Below are positions 37,150-49,700 of a stretch of 64,000 bases of DNA, one piece after another. This stretch comes from Paragordius varius. Taxonomy: Eukaryota; Animalia; Nematomorpha. Where the stretch lies: assembly GCA_964247055.1 (NCBI GenBank), contig OZ176055.1:1922001-1986000 (forward strand). Direction: 5' to 3'. The position numbers and the translations under genes were made by a program. The notes beneath the pieces were generated by a model. It made no database searches, was not told the DNA's origin, and worked only from the letters and a program-made list of their open reading frames with translations. Each line of letters starts with the position of its first letter. The first letter of the stretch is position 1.

Positions 37150-39819
37150 GTCGTAAATATTGTCACAGTTACTATTGAGAAATATATAAAATTTAGTTTA
37201 CATAAAGAGACAAGGGCGGGATTATTTGCCATGCATTTATATTTTTTTATCAATTGAATCTTGAAAAGTTTTCAAAAAAAGAATCCAAAATATAAAAATG
37301 GCAGTAGATTCGGTAAATAATTAAATTTTATTCAAAAATTACCTCTAGAAGAATGGGCTAAACTGGTTAATGACCAGAATATTTTTAAATTGTTTTATGT
37401 GAATTTAAAATAATTATGGCAATCAAAAGTACATTTGCAAAAAAAAGAAAAATTAAAAAAATTAAAATAATATTCAATGTGTATCTCGCAAAAGATTATA
37501 TCGCAATGTATTAAATTTAATTGAAAATTTTTTTTACAATAATAAAGTTAGTGGTTGCCTATCATTTTTTGACTGACTTCTTTTTCACATTTTTATTGAT
37601 TTAAAAATAAAAAAAATATGCTCAAATTTTGATTTGGAATATAATGGATAAAAATACACTGATTTTTTTATACATGAATTAGTAAAATATAATCGATTTT
37701 TCTTTACAGTCACCGAATTCAAACGTATTTAAAGTGTCGGACGGACAAATTTTTATCGAAAAAAATAGTAATTATGATGAATCATTCTATTTGTCCTATT
37801 TTTTTAAAAAAAAGGTGAGGATTGATATCAAGAATTATTTCACAAATATAATTATTTATACAAAATGATCAATAAAAATTTAAAAATAATTATACCCATT
37901 CAAATATAAAGCTAATCAGTGTAAATCTCTCGAGGTCTCAAAATACTTTGATAATCCCGCTTTCTGACAGTAATATCAATAGATTTTGAATTTATACATA
38001 TGATCATCCATAAGCTTTTAAGATTTATACTTAATATTTTTACCCAAAAAGAAATTTTATTTTAAATACCATCCTAATTACCCCCAAAAATTTTATTTTG
38101 CATATGTTATGTAATATTTTTGTATAATATTTTTATGTTTAATACCAATTATAATTATACGATTTCAACATGATTCACTTTAAATATACCATCAGACTGC
38201 TAGGCTACTTTATTCATGTATCAATTCTATATGAAAAAAGTATGTTTTACGAAGAATCCAACACATGTGTTTACTGAGGGGAATTCATACATTTTGTATT
38301 AGAGATATATTATATAATTCTTAAATTAATTAGTATGTTTCCCTTTTTTAATTTTAATTTAACTTTTATATTAAAAAAACTATGTTTGTCACAATAATAT
38401 ATGCTGGAAAATACTTAAGTCGTTTAATTTCAAAGGATTCAATGATAGATTATTGTTATTTCAATTGATAACTCTTTCAAATTCAATGAGTACATTTTAA
38501 ATTATGAAATCCAACATTTATTAAAATGTAATTCAAAATTATATTTTAAATCAGGCATATTATTTGAATTCCCAAAATCTCCAAAAAGTCTAGGGTGTTT
38601 GATAAATTCTACATACGGCTTATTTATGAGTACACACATGGAGAGATACCATACCACACACATACACTCTGCCCAAAAATATGGAATTTAATCGAAAACA
38701 ATAAAATAAAAAAAATGATAAAATTTTTCATTAAAATATATATATATATATATATATATATTTATCTATAATATATATATAAATTATAATTTTTTATTAG
38801 CAAATGAAACCCATATTCCATAAAATATTTTTGCTTCTTTTTAATAAGATTATACAAATTGGGTAATATATTCTTATAATCTATGTGTAACAAATATATT
38901 TAATATATAAATTTTATATTATAATTACAGAAATAATATTTTTAATTTTCATATTAATTTTCTTCACAACAACAGTCTTGGTTTGATTTTAATTTTTTTA
39001 ACATATTATAAAGAAAAATTATTGATGATATATACATAATAATATATCAATCACTTTCAATCAATATTAATAGAATGAAAAAATTATCGGTTGATTACTA
39101 AAAAAAGTTATTGGATAATTAATTACAATCTTTACGTCAGACTTTTAGGCTTCATTTATATGCTCTCAAATCTAATCAAATCAAATGATAGTTTTCGTTT
39201 TTTATTTTATAAATAATATAATAGCATAATTAATTAATTTGATCCCATTTTCACAATTAGGAATAATGATTAATAATTACTAAAATATATATATATATAT
39301 ATATACTATTAATTAAGTTTTTTGTTTATATTTCACATTTTTTGTAAAAGAAATTCAAAGAAAACTAAAATTTTGTTTTTAAATCTCCTATTTTATCAAA
39401 GATTTATTATTAGCAGTAATATTTAATAAAAAAAAATATAAAATAATATTTTTTAGACAATCAGGCACCATATGTGTGTGTTGTATGAGTTTTGTTAAGC
39501 GAGAAGGGTAAAATACCAATTTTTCTTGTACTAACTTATATTTATTATCAAAAAATAATATTTTTGGTAAAAAATTTCTAGATTAACAACCCAAAATACT
39601 ATTTAGTTAGCAAGAGAGAACACATTAAGTAAAAAGCATTAGTTGGATTTGCTATTTTAAATTCCATTTTTATGCAGCAAAAAATACTTTGAAGCGGAAA
39701 TAATTTAATAATATACACATATCTATAAAAATTATTAAATTTAACACTATAAAATTTAATTTTAGTTACCATATTTGATGAAATACGTGCCATTAAATTT
39801 TGCTAATCTTATAAAAATA

Positions 39820-39984
39820 CAGTAGCGTATGGCATAAAATATTATTAGTCCATAAAAGAATAAAAAATGTTTTTTTTTCAAAAAAACAAGGGGATATTAT
39901 GGATATGTGTATATAAAACTAAGCTTGTTTTTATACTTTTTTATTCTTTTATGGACTAATAATGTTTTATGCCATACGCTACTG
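39820..39984. mobile_element. 165-bp Tc1/mariner-type MITE
   Basis: ta|cagtagcgtatggcataaaa...ttttatgccatacgctactg|ta; near-perfect TIR of ~50 bp and TA TSD. Confidence 0.9.
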
Positions 39985-41640
39985 TATATAAAATTCTACC
40001 CTTATCTTTGTATTTGCATCTTTTGTGATGACTGTATATGTTTAATATTTAAGAAAAATATATAAATATAATTGAGTTAATATAAAAACAATTTTTTCCA
40101 TTTTCTCCCCTCAGACTTCCTGGCTACTTTGAATTGCAAGAAAAAAAAAGTTTTTATATTAAAGATTTGTATAATGCATTTAATCAAATCGAATGTGAAT
40201 TTATATAAAAAGTAGGCAGTACATCTGATATTTTAAATGATAATGCTTAATTGGTTCAGGAAATTTTAACATTAACCAATTACAAAAAACTATTTTAAAA
40301 TCTTATATATATTAATTAGATATCTTGTACCTATTTATGTTAAGGAAAATTATTTTAATTAAAAAATGTTTGCGGTTTTTTTCCATAAGTTTTACAAATA
40401 TGTTAAAGTGGTAGTTCCGTTATCCAAAAAAGCAAACCATAATTCATTATTTCCGGTATTCCCCGAAATATTAACCAAAAACACGAGAGAATAAGATAAT
40501 ATTTTTTGGGGAAGAGGAGGTAGGAATTTATTTTATATTTTAAAGTAACTAGCGCTCCAGATTGTTTTAAAATTTATTCTAACACCAAATATATTATTTT
40601 TTTATATGTAAATTTAAATTGTAGGTGCCTAATATCAATATTTATCGAAGTGTGGCCTGTTGATACACAGATATTATGTGTTTTCTTGATACAAGAATAC
40701 CTTTTTTACAATACTAAATCTATATACAAGAAAAGATATTTTAAATCACAAAACTGATTGGAAGTTTTTTTGGTATCTAATCAATTTAAGGTCTAAGTGC
40801 CTCTAATGAGTATCCGTGATGTTCATTTTATAATATTAAAACTGAGAATTTAATTTAAAGATGTTATTGTTGGGAAAAGATTGAAAGAGCCGATCGTCTT
40901 AACAAATAGCATATGGCCATTCAAACGTTGACACATGCGTGTTTCAAATTTATGGAATTTTTTTTGTAGAAAAAAAACACTAAACAAAATTATTTTTTGA
41001 TTTTTCAGACAGCATAAAATATTTGAATACCTTTATAAAATTACAGAATTACATATTTAATTGTAGACTGAAAATAATTAAATGAACATGAAAATTGATT
41101 TAATTTATATTTTACCATTAAGGGTTGAATTAGTGTTGTAAATGCACAACTACCCGTGTCTATAACCGATTATAAAATAACCGGTCAATTTCATACATAT
41201 CTATGGAGCATATTACTGTAAAAATTGAATTTATACGGACGAAACGTAAAAGTAAAAGGACAAATAATTTTTTTTTTCAAAAGAGTATTTTTTTTAACAT
41301 ATTTTAAAATATAAATTATCGATTTCAATTGCAAACTATGAAATAGAGATGTGAATTGGAAAACACAATCAAATATATATTTTATAATTGTAATTAAATA
41401 TTTTTAATAGGGAAAAATTATGTTTTAAAAAAAAGTATAGTTGTCCTTTGAAAAAAATTGTCTTTATGTTTTTACGTGTCTGTAAAATTGATTTGTTAAA
41501 TGTAAACATTTTAAAACCAAATTCAAATTAATAATGTTATTAACACTTCGATTCAAATTGGGGAATCCAAATACCCCAGACTAAATTTAAATTAATATTT
41601 TTAAAAAAACTACTGAAGGAAACGGTCCCAATTTAAATTA

Positions 41641-42787
41641 CAGTAAATGTTAATTTTTAATATCAAGAATTTTTTTTTAATCCATGTGGCATTTTTTTAT
41701 CCTTTTAAAAGTTGTTTTACAAGCATATAAAAAATAACACTTACATATATATTTAATGTACTTACATGTCCCTTTTCGGTACACATATATGAGAGTATTA
41801 ACATTGCAATATGTTCCTTTTCGCTACATATATCATTATAGAAATGGTAACATTGCATATGTGTTGTGCCTACTTCATTAAATAATTTTTTAGGTTTTAT
41901 ATATTATTTTTTTTATAAAAATTTTTTTAATAATTAATTAAAAAATATTTCAGAAAAGACTATAATATATTTGAAATTAACATATAAATCGCTTATGTGC
42001 GTAATAAAACTTGTATTAAATTTAAATATTAATTTGATTTTGCTGATTTTTTTTTGAAAACACTATATCACCTAAAATTAAAACTGAAAAATGTCACGAA
42101 AAATGGTAAAATAATACCATTTATAATTAATTATTTTAGTGGTAATTTATTTAAGCAAATATTTATGACAATTTTTTTGGTGTGCTCATAATACTTAAGA
42201 AAATGAATGTGCTGAATATTTTCAAGAATTTGAGTTAAGTTTTCAATCAATTCTTCTACATTGAAATGGCATCTTTCCTGACTTTTTTTGATCTCTGGAG
42301 TCTGAATTATTAATGTGCCATAGTTTGAATCTAATGTTGATGGCAAACTTTCATCTATACTATCTTCTTCACAAAAACTATACATTTATTCTAAATTTCT
42401 TTTTGACAAAATAATAAAAACTTAATATTTTTTATAAAAAAATATATAAACTTATAAATTAAAAATCAAAGTATGCACAACACACAACATACTGATTAAT
42501 ACCTAATTTTATAAAAAATGTTATATCAAACCTAAATATTTATCAAAGTAGGCAAAACACATATGCAATGTTACCATTTCTCAAATAAGAAATGTAGCGA
42601 GAAGAGGAACATATTGCAATGGTAATGTATCTCTCATATATGTGTACCGAAAAGAGACATGTAAGTACATTTAAATATATATGTAAGTGTTATTTTTTAT
42701 ATGCTTGTAAAACAACTTTTAAAAGGATAAAAAAATGCCACATGGATTAAAAAAAAAATTCTTGATATTAAAAATTAACATTTACTG
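41641..42787. mobile_element. Fold-back Tc1-like element with ~300-bp TIRs
   Basis: ta|cagtaaatgttaatttttaatatcaag...cttgatattaaaaattaacatttactg|ta; the outer ~150 bp are almost perfectly inverted. Confidence 0.9.
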
Positions 42788-42930
42788 TAATGCTTCTATC
42801 CTAATAAAAATTATATAAATATACCAAATTATCTAAATAAAATTTTGTTTTGAAAAAAAAATTCCATGTCAAACTACTTTGATGCCATTTTTATTTTACA
42901 AAATTTTTGCAAAATATCGTCTTCATTTAA

Positions 42931-43496
42931 CACTTGGATACAACACACTCATTTTAGTCCTTCGATTAAAATTGGGGTAGTTGGAAACCCCCAGCCTGTT
43001 TAATCAAATACTTTAAAAAGTATGGAAGGAATCGAAACCATGGCGAAATTTTGCACTTATATAACATTAATAAACCAAAATATATAAAAAACTATGTTGA
43101 AAAATACTTGATATTACTTATTTTGAGCTAAAACCGAAAGGTAAAAATTTCGTCAACGTGACATGTGTCAAATTATAAAATTAAAAAATAATACAAAATA
43201 AACCGCTTTTTCTATTTCGATCAATGTTAGATGTAATTTATATAAAAAATTAGCTTTAGTTTTACCCTTAAAATTAAATGAAAACGATATTTTGCAAAAA
43301 AATTTTTAAATAAAAATGGCGTCGAAATAGTTTGAGATGGAACTTTTTTTTCAAAACAAAATTTTACAAGATATTTTGGCATATTTATATAATATTTATC
43401 AGGATAGAAGCATAAATTTAAATTGTGACCGTTTCCTTCAGTAGTTTTCTAAAAATTTTAATTTAAATTTAGTCTGGGGTATTAATATACGAACTG
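42931..43496 (+). mobile_element. R2 MITE (inner copy) inserted in opposite orientation at a TTAA of the outer copy
   Basis: ttaa|cacttggatacaac...gaactg|ttaa; TTAA at 42927-42930 and 43497-43500. Confidence 0.85.
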
Positions 43497-44072
43497 TTAA
43501 TTTTAAGGGTAAAATTAAAGCTAATTTTTTCTTTAAATTACATCTAACATTGATAGAAATAGAAAAAGCGGTTTATTTTGTATTATTATTTAATTATACC
43601 ATTTCACACATGCCACATTGACGAAATTTTTACCTTTCGTTTCAGCATGAAAAAGTAATATCAAGTATTTTTGAATAAAATTTTTAATATATTTCGGTTT
43701 CTTAATGTTATATAAGTGCAAAATTTTGGCATGGTTTCGATTCCTTCCATACTTTTTAAAGTATTTGATTTTAAAGAGTCTGGGGTATTCAACTACCCCA
43801 ATTTGAATCAAAGGACTAAAATAAGTGTGTTGCATCCAAGTGTTAACACAATTAAAATTTAGCTATTGGTTTTTTTGTTATTTACCTACAATATTAATAT
43901 ATTTTCCATTTTAGGATAAACAACTGGTTAAAACCATAAATAAATGCCTCGGTAAGAGAGCATGAATAAAAATCCACCACAATTTTATCGCATTTGGCAT
44001 AAATTTGACAATTTAATAGTTAGTTTCTAAAGCTAAATCTGATGCTAAAGGTGGATCGAAATGAATGTCATA

Positions 44073-45260
44073 CCATTTTTCAGTCATAAGCAACACCTTT
44101 TCCACCAAATGCAACATTTAAAGCAAACGCAACATTTTTTCAACCAAACGCAAATTTTCTATCCAAACGTAATAAAAAATGTTGCGTTTGGTCAGAGGCG
44201 TAGCTAGCTTGCATTTCTGGCGCAAGTTACATGAATTCATGAGGGTTCCTTTTCCCCCTCACAATCCCTTGCATTTTAAAAAAATATTAAATTTAAACCG
44301 TGAGCGGGACGAAACGTGACCCGTCATGAATAGAAATGCGTGAACATGCATATTCCATCCTCTCCTTTTAAAACGACGGCTTGTTTAGCAAATGTATCAG
44401 TAATATTAGTTTCTGGGCAAAAGGTTTTAATATAGATATATAAAAGCAGTATTCTAACTTCGAATGCGTGGCCCGACTAAAAAATTTTTTTGAAAAATGG
44501 CTTGCGTCCGAAAAAGAGTGGCAATCCTTAAGTATTAAAAACAAAAAATATCGCAAAAATTAAATATAAAATTTTCACGAAACTGCATCCCTTGACCTAA
44601 ATATAGCATATGATATATACAATCCACATTTATTTCTTTATAGTATTATTATTATTATAAAGGTCTTCTATTGTATGGATATTGTCGAAAAATATCAAGG
44701 CGCCGTTGTTACGCAGAGGTGTTGTTAAATTATTAGGATCTGAAGGTGTTTTTGTCGGATTACAATTATCTGAAAATATTGGGCCGCTGTTCTTGGGAAA
44801 GTGGAATTTCTATATAGCATTATTCAAATTACAACCATTCTCTTAATTTTTATGCGGTATAATTTTCTTTTGATTTCTTTATCATTTTGAAACCGCTAAG
44901 TTTACGCATTCCTGATAATAATAATTAAAATAATTATTTTGCTATTTAAACTATTGTCCTATCCTACCCTTCGAGATTATATTACAGAGAAAACGATTGA
45001 TTGGAATTAAACTAAAAAATATTAAAGCTTAGTATAAAAAAACGGAAAAACCTTAACCTTTTGGTCAAGATTGAAGGTGATGACCACTAATAAATGGGTG
45101 GTGTTTTTTTATGTATGATTTAAAATAATAACTTTTAACCATCAATTTTTTTAAATAAAATATAAGCCCCCTCTATGGCGCCTGGGGCATCAGTCCCCCT
45201 TTCCACCCCCCTAGCTACGCAACTGCGTTTGGTTGAAAGTTGCTTTTGACTGAAGAATGG
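44073..45260. mobile_element. Small TA-flanked MITE split by a hAT insertion
   Basis: ta|ccatttttcagtcataagcaac ... gttgcttttgactgaagaatgg|ta. Confidence 0.65.
44193..45225 (-). mobile_element. Non-autonomous hAT element (1033 bp)
   Basis: TIRs cagaggcgtagctag / ctagctacgcaactg; perfect 8-bp TSD cgtttggt (44185-44192 and 45226-45233); MRKLSGF...-like transposase N-terminal remnant on the - strand. Confidence 0.88.
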
Positions 45261-46791
45261 TATTAATCTTTATATTTATATATCAGTGTGTCAAATTTGG
45301 GGGTATCTCTTGTAAGGATACGTATAGATAAAGTTTATGATGGGCTTTTAGAATCCGATATAAATTCGAGAGTCAAGCTCCATATATGAAATAAGGCAAC
45401 AAAATTATGAATAAAACCGTTTTTGTGAATTTTAATTTAACATGTTAAAATCTAAAATAATCCGGATAAGATTTAAAAACAAAGTTAAATAACACTAAAA
45501 AGCGCCTCAAAACATGTTACGGTGTAAACACACATGGATGAATTTTGTTAACATACTCCATAAGCTATTGGGGTATTTTTTAACCCAGGGCCATTTGCAA
45601 ATTAAATATCACAAAAAATATTTTTAGTATTGGGCAAAATTTAAAAATATGCGTTCTTTAGTCTTTCACGCTCATGATATATTTTTTAAAAAAAGATGTA
45701 AAATTATATAGATAATCCTGAGCTAATTTTTTTACCTCCATTTTTTATTCAATTTTCGTGAATCGCTAATACAAAAGGTAAAAAAGTTCATTATGTGAAT
45801 GAATATTTTACTATTATCAACGTGCATTGTGGACAAATTTTTATTTGCCAAAGCCGACCGTATAAACAACGTTAACAGACTTCAACTGATTTTATCATCA
45901 CAAGCATATTGAAATAATGATTGCCTTGACCAAAAGAAATTTATTATCACTTTTTATATACAATCACAATATATGATGTGTGTTAATATATGAACAACAA
46001 ATGATGAAAATGATTATTATATTTTGAGGGCATGAAAAAATCTACAAATTTCGTAATGAATAAAATTTTTGAGTGAATGTCATATATTGTTATTGCAAAC
46101 CTAGCGTTTTTGTGAAAAATAAAAAGAGTCTAGAAACTCCAATTAATAAAACTTGGGGTATGTTTAAGAAGCGGGAATGTATGACCTTAAAATGAAAATT
46201 GGTAAAATCAATTCAATAATTTCTCAAGTTGTATGTTTTTTGTATTATGGTCATTTTGATAAATACAATATATAGGAAAGAATGTTTATACACAGGGTAT
46301 GGACACAAAAAGTAAGTTATTTGTTTGAAGCAAAATATATATATAGGTATTGTCGGTATTGCCAAAAAAATTAGTTATGTAATATTGCATATGAGGATAA
46401 TAAAATAAAAAATAAACACTAGTATGATTAAAATTGATTACTAATGATTAGATAATGAATTATAGACTAAAATAAATGCCGTTAACCAAAAATCACGATA
46501 AAAATGACTGAATGAGTAAGTGATGAACGTTAACATAATTTAATGTTTAAACCAGAGGTATTAACACAGATGTTTCGTGGGTTGCTTTGATAAATTTCTG
46601 TCTTTATTTATTTATTTAAGTTCGGATGATACATTTTTTAAATAATCGTTAATATTTTCGATTAAAATCCAATTTTTCAATTTTTTAAACATTTTTTATA
46701 GCACTTTTTGCGTACCGCAAAAAGTGTATTGAACAACCCCCTGGTTTAAACTAATGTAGTAATGAAAGAAAATGAAAACATTCTGAAACTA

Positions 46792-49700
46792 TTATATGTA
46801 AGAGGAAGAATTTAAATTTTTATCATTCGAAGTACCACCATTAGGTATCTGGTTGTTATTATTAGTATGTTCATCAAGGAATGAGGCAGAACTAATCAAG
46901 CTTGGAGTATATGATGTGCCGAAAGATGCATTCTTAAGCAAAGTGTTTGTGCTTGCAAAGGTAGAGACATCTTTGTTATTTCCGCCAAAATGATTCAAAT
47001 CCATCCCATTCCTAATGCCTAAGTCACCATAATTGTAAAAGGAAAATGCATAATTGAGAAAAAAAATGGAATCAAGAGTTTCGGTACTATTTATTTATTT
47101 TTTGGAAAAATAAGCGCTTCTTTTAAGATTCTTAAAAAAACTTAGAATTTCTAGAAAGAAGTTTTAATAGTTTCGTCGTTCCATAAAAACTGTGGCTGAA
47201 TCTAAAACATATACAATTATACCTGTTTGATTATCAGGGGAATGCTTGTCATGATTATTATTACGACGAGATTTGAACCAGCGTTTTATACGGCGGACAT
47301 TGAGGCATTGAATACATCTATCTAACGGTTCTAAACTACGAAAGCAATGTGGTAGGAATAACCAATTCCTAAGCACAGGAGGTAACCAATGTGGCCTATG
47401 TGTCATAGAAAAAAATATATTAAAATTTTGTATTTGAAAATCACAACTAAATTTAATTTTTAATAAATGAGTAATAAATATAAAATTTTCAATCTAAATG
47501 GTAAAATTTTGCTGAACGTTTATAAAAATGATCAAATAAAAACTTTCAATATTATTACGTGTTTAAATATTATTTAAAACAATGATATAAAACTTAAATT
47601 AACATAAAGATTTTTGATCGATCAAAGACTTAATTCTAGCCAATCACAAAAATAAATACGAACCATATATATATAAGTTTGTTAATAATGTCAACACATG
47701 ATGCATTTTTTATATAATAAAAATATATAATATCGTGAAATTAATTAAAAATAATAAACACTATACCCCAAATATCCAAAACATGATTTAGTATATCTTT
47801 AATGGATAAAATATTGAATAATAAACCATTGATAAAATAATATTTCAGGAATCAAAATTTTGGCTATATGTATTTAGTTAAGTGTTAAGAAAATTCAAAC
47901 AGAACACACCAAATATTTACTTTTGTTTTTGTAATTTATTCACGCAAATAATGGTTATGACGAGACAAGCCGTAATCCCTGTCATTACGAAAATCAGTAT
48001 TGAGCTAACTCGATCCCCAGTTTCTGGCAATAAGGCCGATGTTACGGTCGAAAGAGCAAAAACTGAACCTATTAAAATAGGAAAAAATCAACAAAAATTG
48101 CAAATATATTATATGCAGTAAACAGCCAAATTAGTAAAGTTAGGGAGGAAAAATTAAATAATGTCATAGTAAGTTAAACGAAAATTCAAATCAAATTTTT
48201 TTATATTTTCATTTTGCAGTTTTCAAATTGATATACTTAAATTTATATCATTATAACATAGTTATACACAAAATATACATACACTATTAATTCGTTACAA
48301 ACAGATACATACATTTTCTTAATTATAATTTAAATAAGAATTCCACGAATAATGACGTACGAACATAAACGCCAAACGCAACTAATATAATGTAAGAAAA
48401 GACAATCATGCAATGTTGTGTCATATCAACTACATATCATTTTCTTCCTCCTCTAAAAAACGCCTAAGAGGTTTTCGGACTCGATCTGGTAAAAAAACTG
48501 GGGGGCCTCACTCTGCCCAACCCTTCTTCATCACTAACTTGGTAGGACAATGGACCCGTTCTTACTTTCACAGTTCGCGGTCGCCATCTTTTCGTTAGAA
48601 ATTTGATTGTGAGGGTGTGAACTCTCACGGTATTGGTGGTGTACTTTCTTTCGGCGCTTCTTAATATTGCAACCAATTCAACGGTGTGTGTTGATATTCC
48701 TCTTCAAAAACAACGATGCGGCAGTCGTCATAATTTCATTATGCCATGAGTTTCGATGGGCCACTTGACTCTTTATGCCAGTCATCGTCGTAGAACTAAA
48801 TCTTGATTTCAACATGTAAATTACTCACCAAACCATTCGTCCTTGGGTGATAGGGAGCAGACGTCACATAATTAATGTTCCAGTTTGTCATCTTTTCTCG
48901 AAAATTGAACGATTTAATATAAGTACCATTATCAAATACTAACATTTTTGGAAAACCATAAGAGGCAAACCATTTGTCCAATTGTTTCAAAATCACATCA
49001 GATGTAATACTGCTAAGTATCTCCACCTCCACCCATCTCGGGAACGCGTCAATTTAAACCAACCAATATTTACCATGCATGGGACCCGCGATGTCGACGA
49101 TGACGGAGAAAATTTTAATTGAAGGATACGATGACACTTATGATTTTGCCACCTACATCAGATATGACAAAAGGGTCATGATCTCCAAAAATGTTGATAT
49201 TAGTGATGATATTAAGGTAATATTTTTGGCTAGAGTTTTCAGAATCAATTAATGATGCCCCTTGGTCCATAATTTATGACATTGGTCTTAAACTTCACCA
49301 GCCAAGTCTGTCTTCGCTGCAAGGTTTGAGTTTGCTCGTTTGCGGAGAAATGATGGATAAACTTTCAGAATTTTTGCAAAGAGTCAAGAGTGTGGCGGAA
49401 ATTCGAACAGAGGTGGATGAGAGAATTAGATACAGTTTTGTGGCTGGATTAAACTTGTAATAATTGGAATTGGATTTTTATTCACGATTCCCTGATGCGA
49501 AGTGTGATGGGAGGGCGGTGTCATTAACCACCATTGTGGACATGGCCTTGGCTCAGGAACTTGCAAGGGCCGATATTGCCTCCCATGTAATGGGGCACAC
49601 AAGCGAACATCGCTACGATTAATGGCCAAGGTATCAGTATGGTTTCGATGGGATATTTCCAATTTAATCGTCTACCATTTGGATTTGGAGTCCATGCTTT

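Larger units (their letters stand above)
41544..43842 (-). mobile_element. R2 MITE (outer copy) interrupted by two insertions
   Basis: ttaa|cacttcgattc...gcatccaagtg|ttaa; pieces 41544-41640, 42790-42930 and 43501-43842 join into one R2 copy. Confidence 0.85.
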
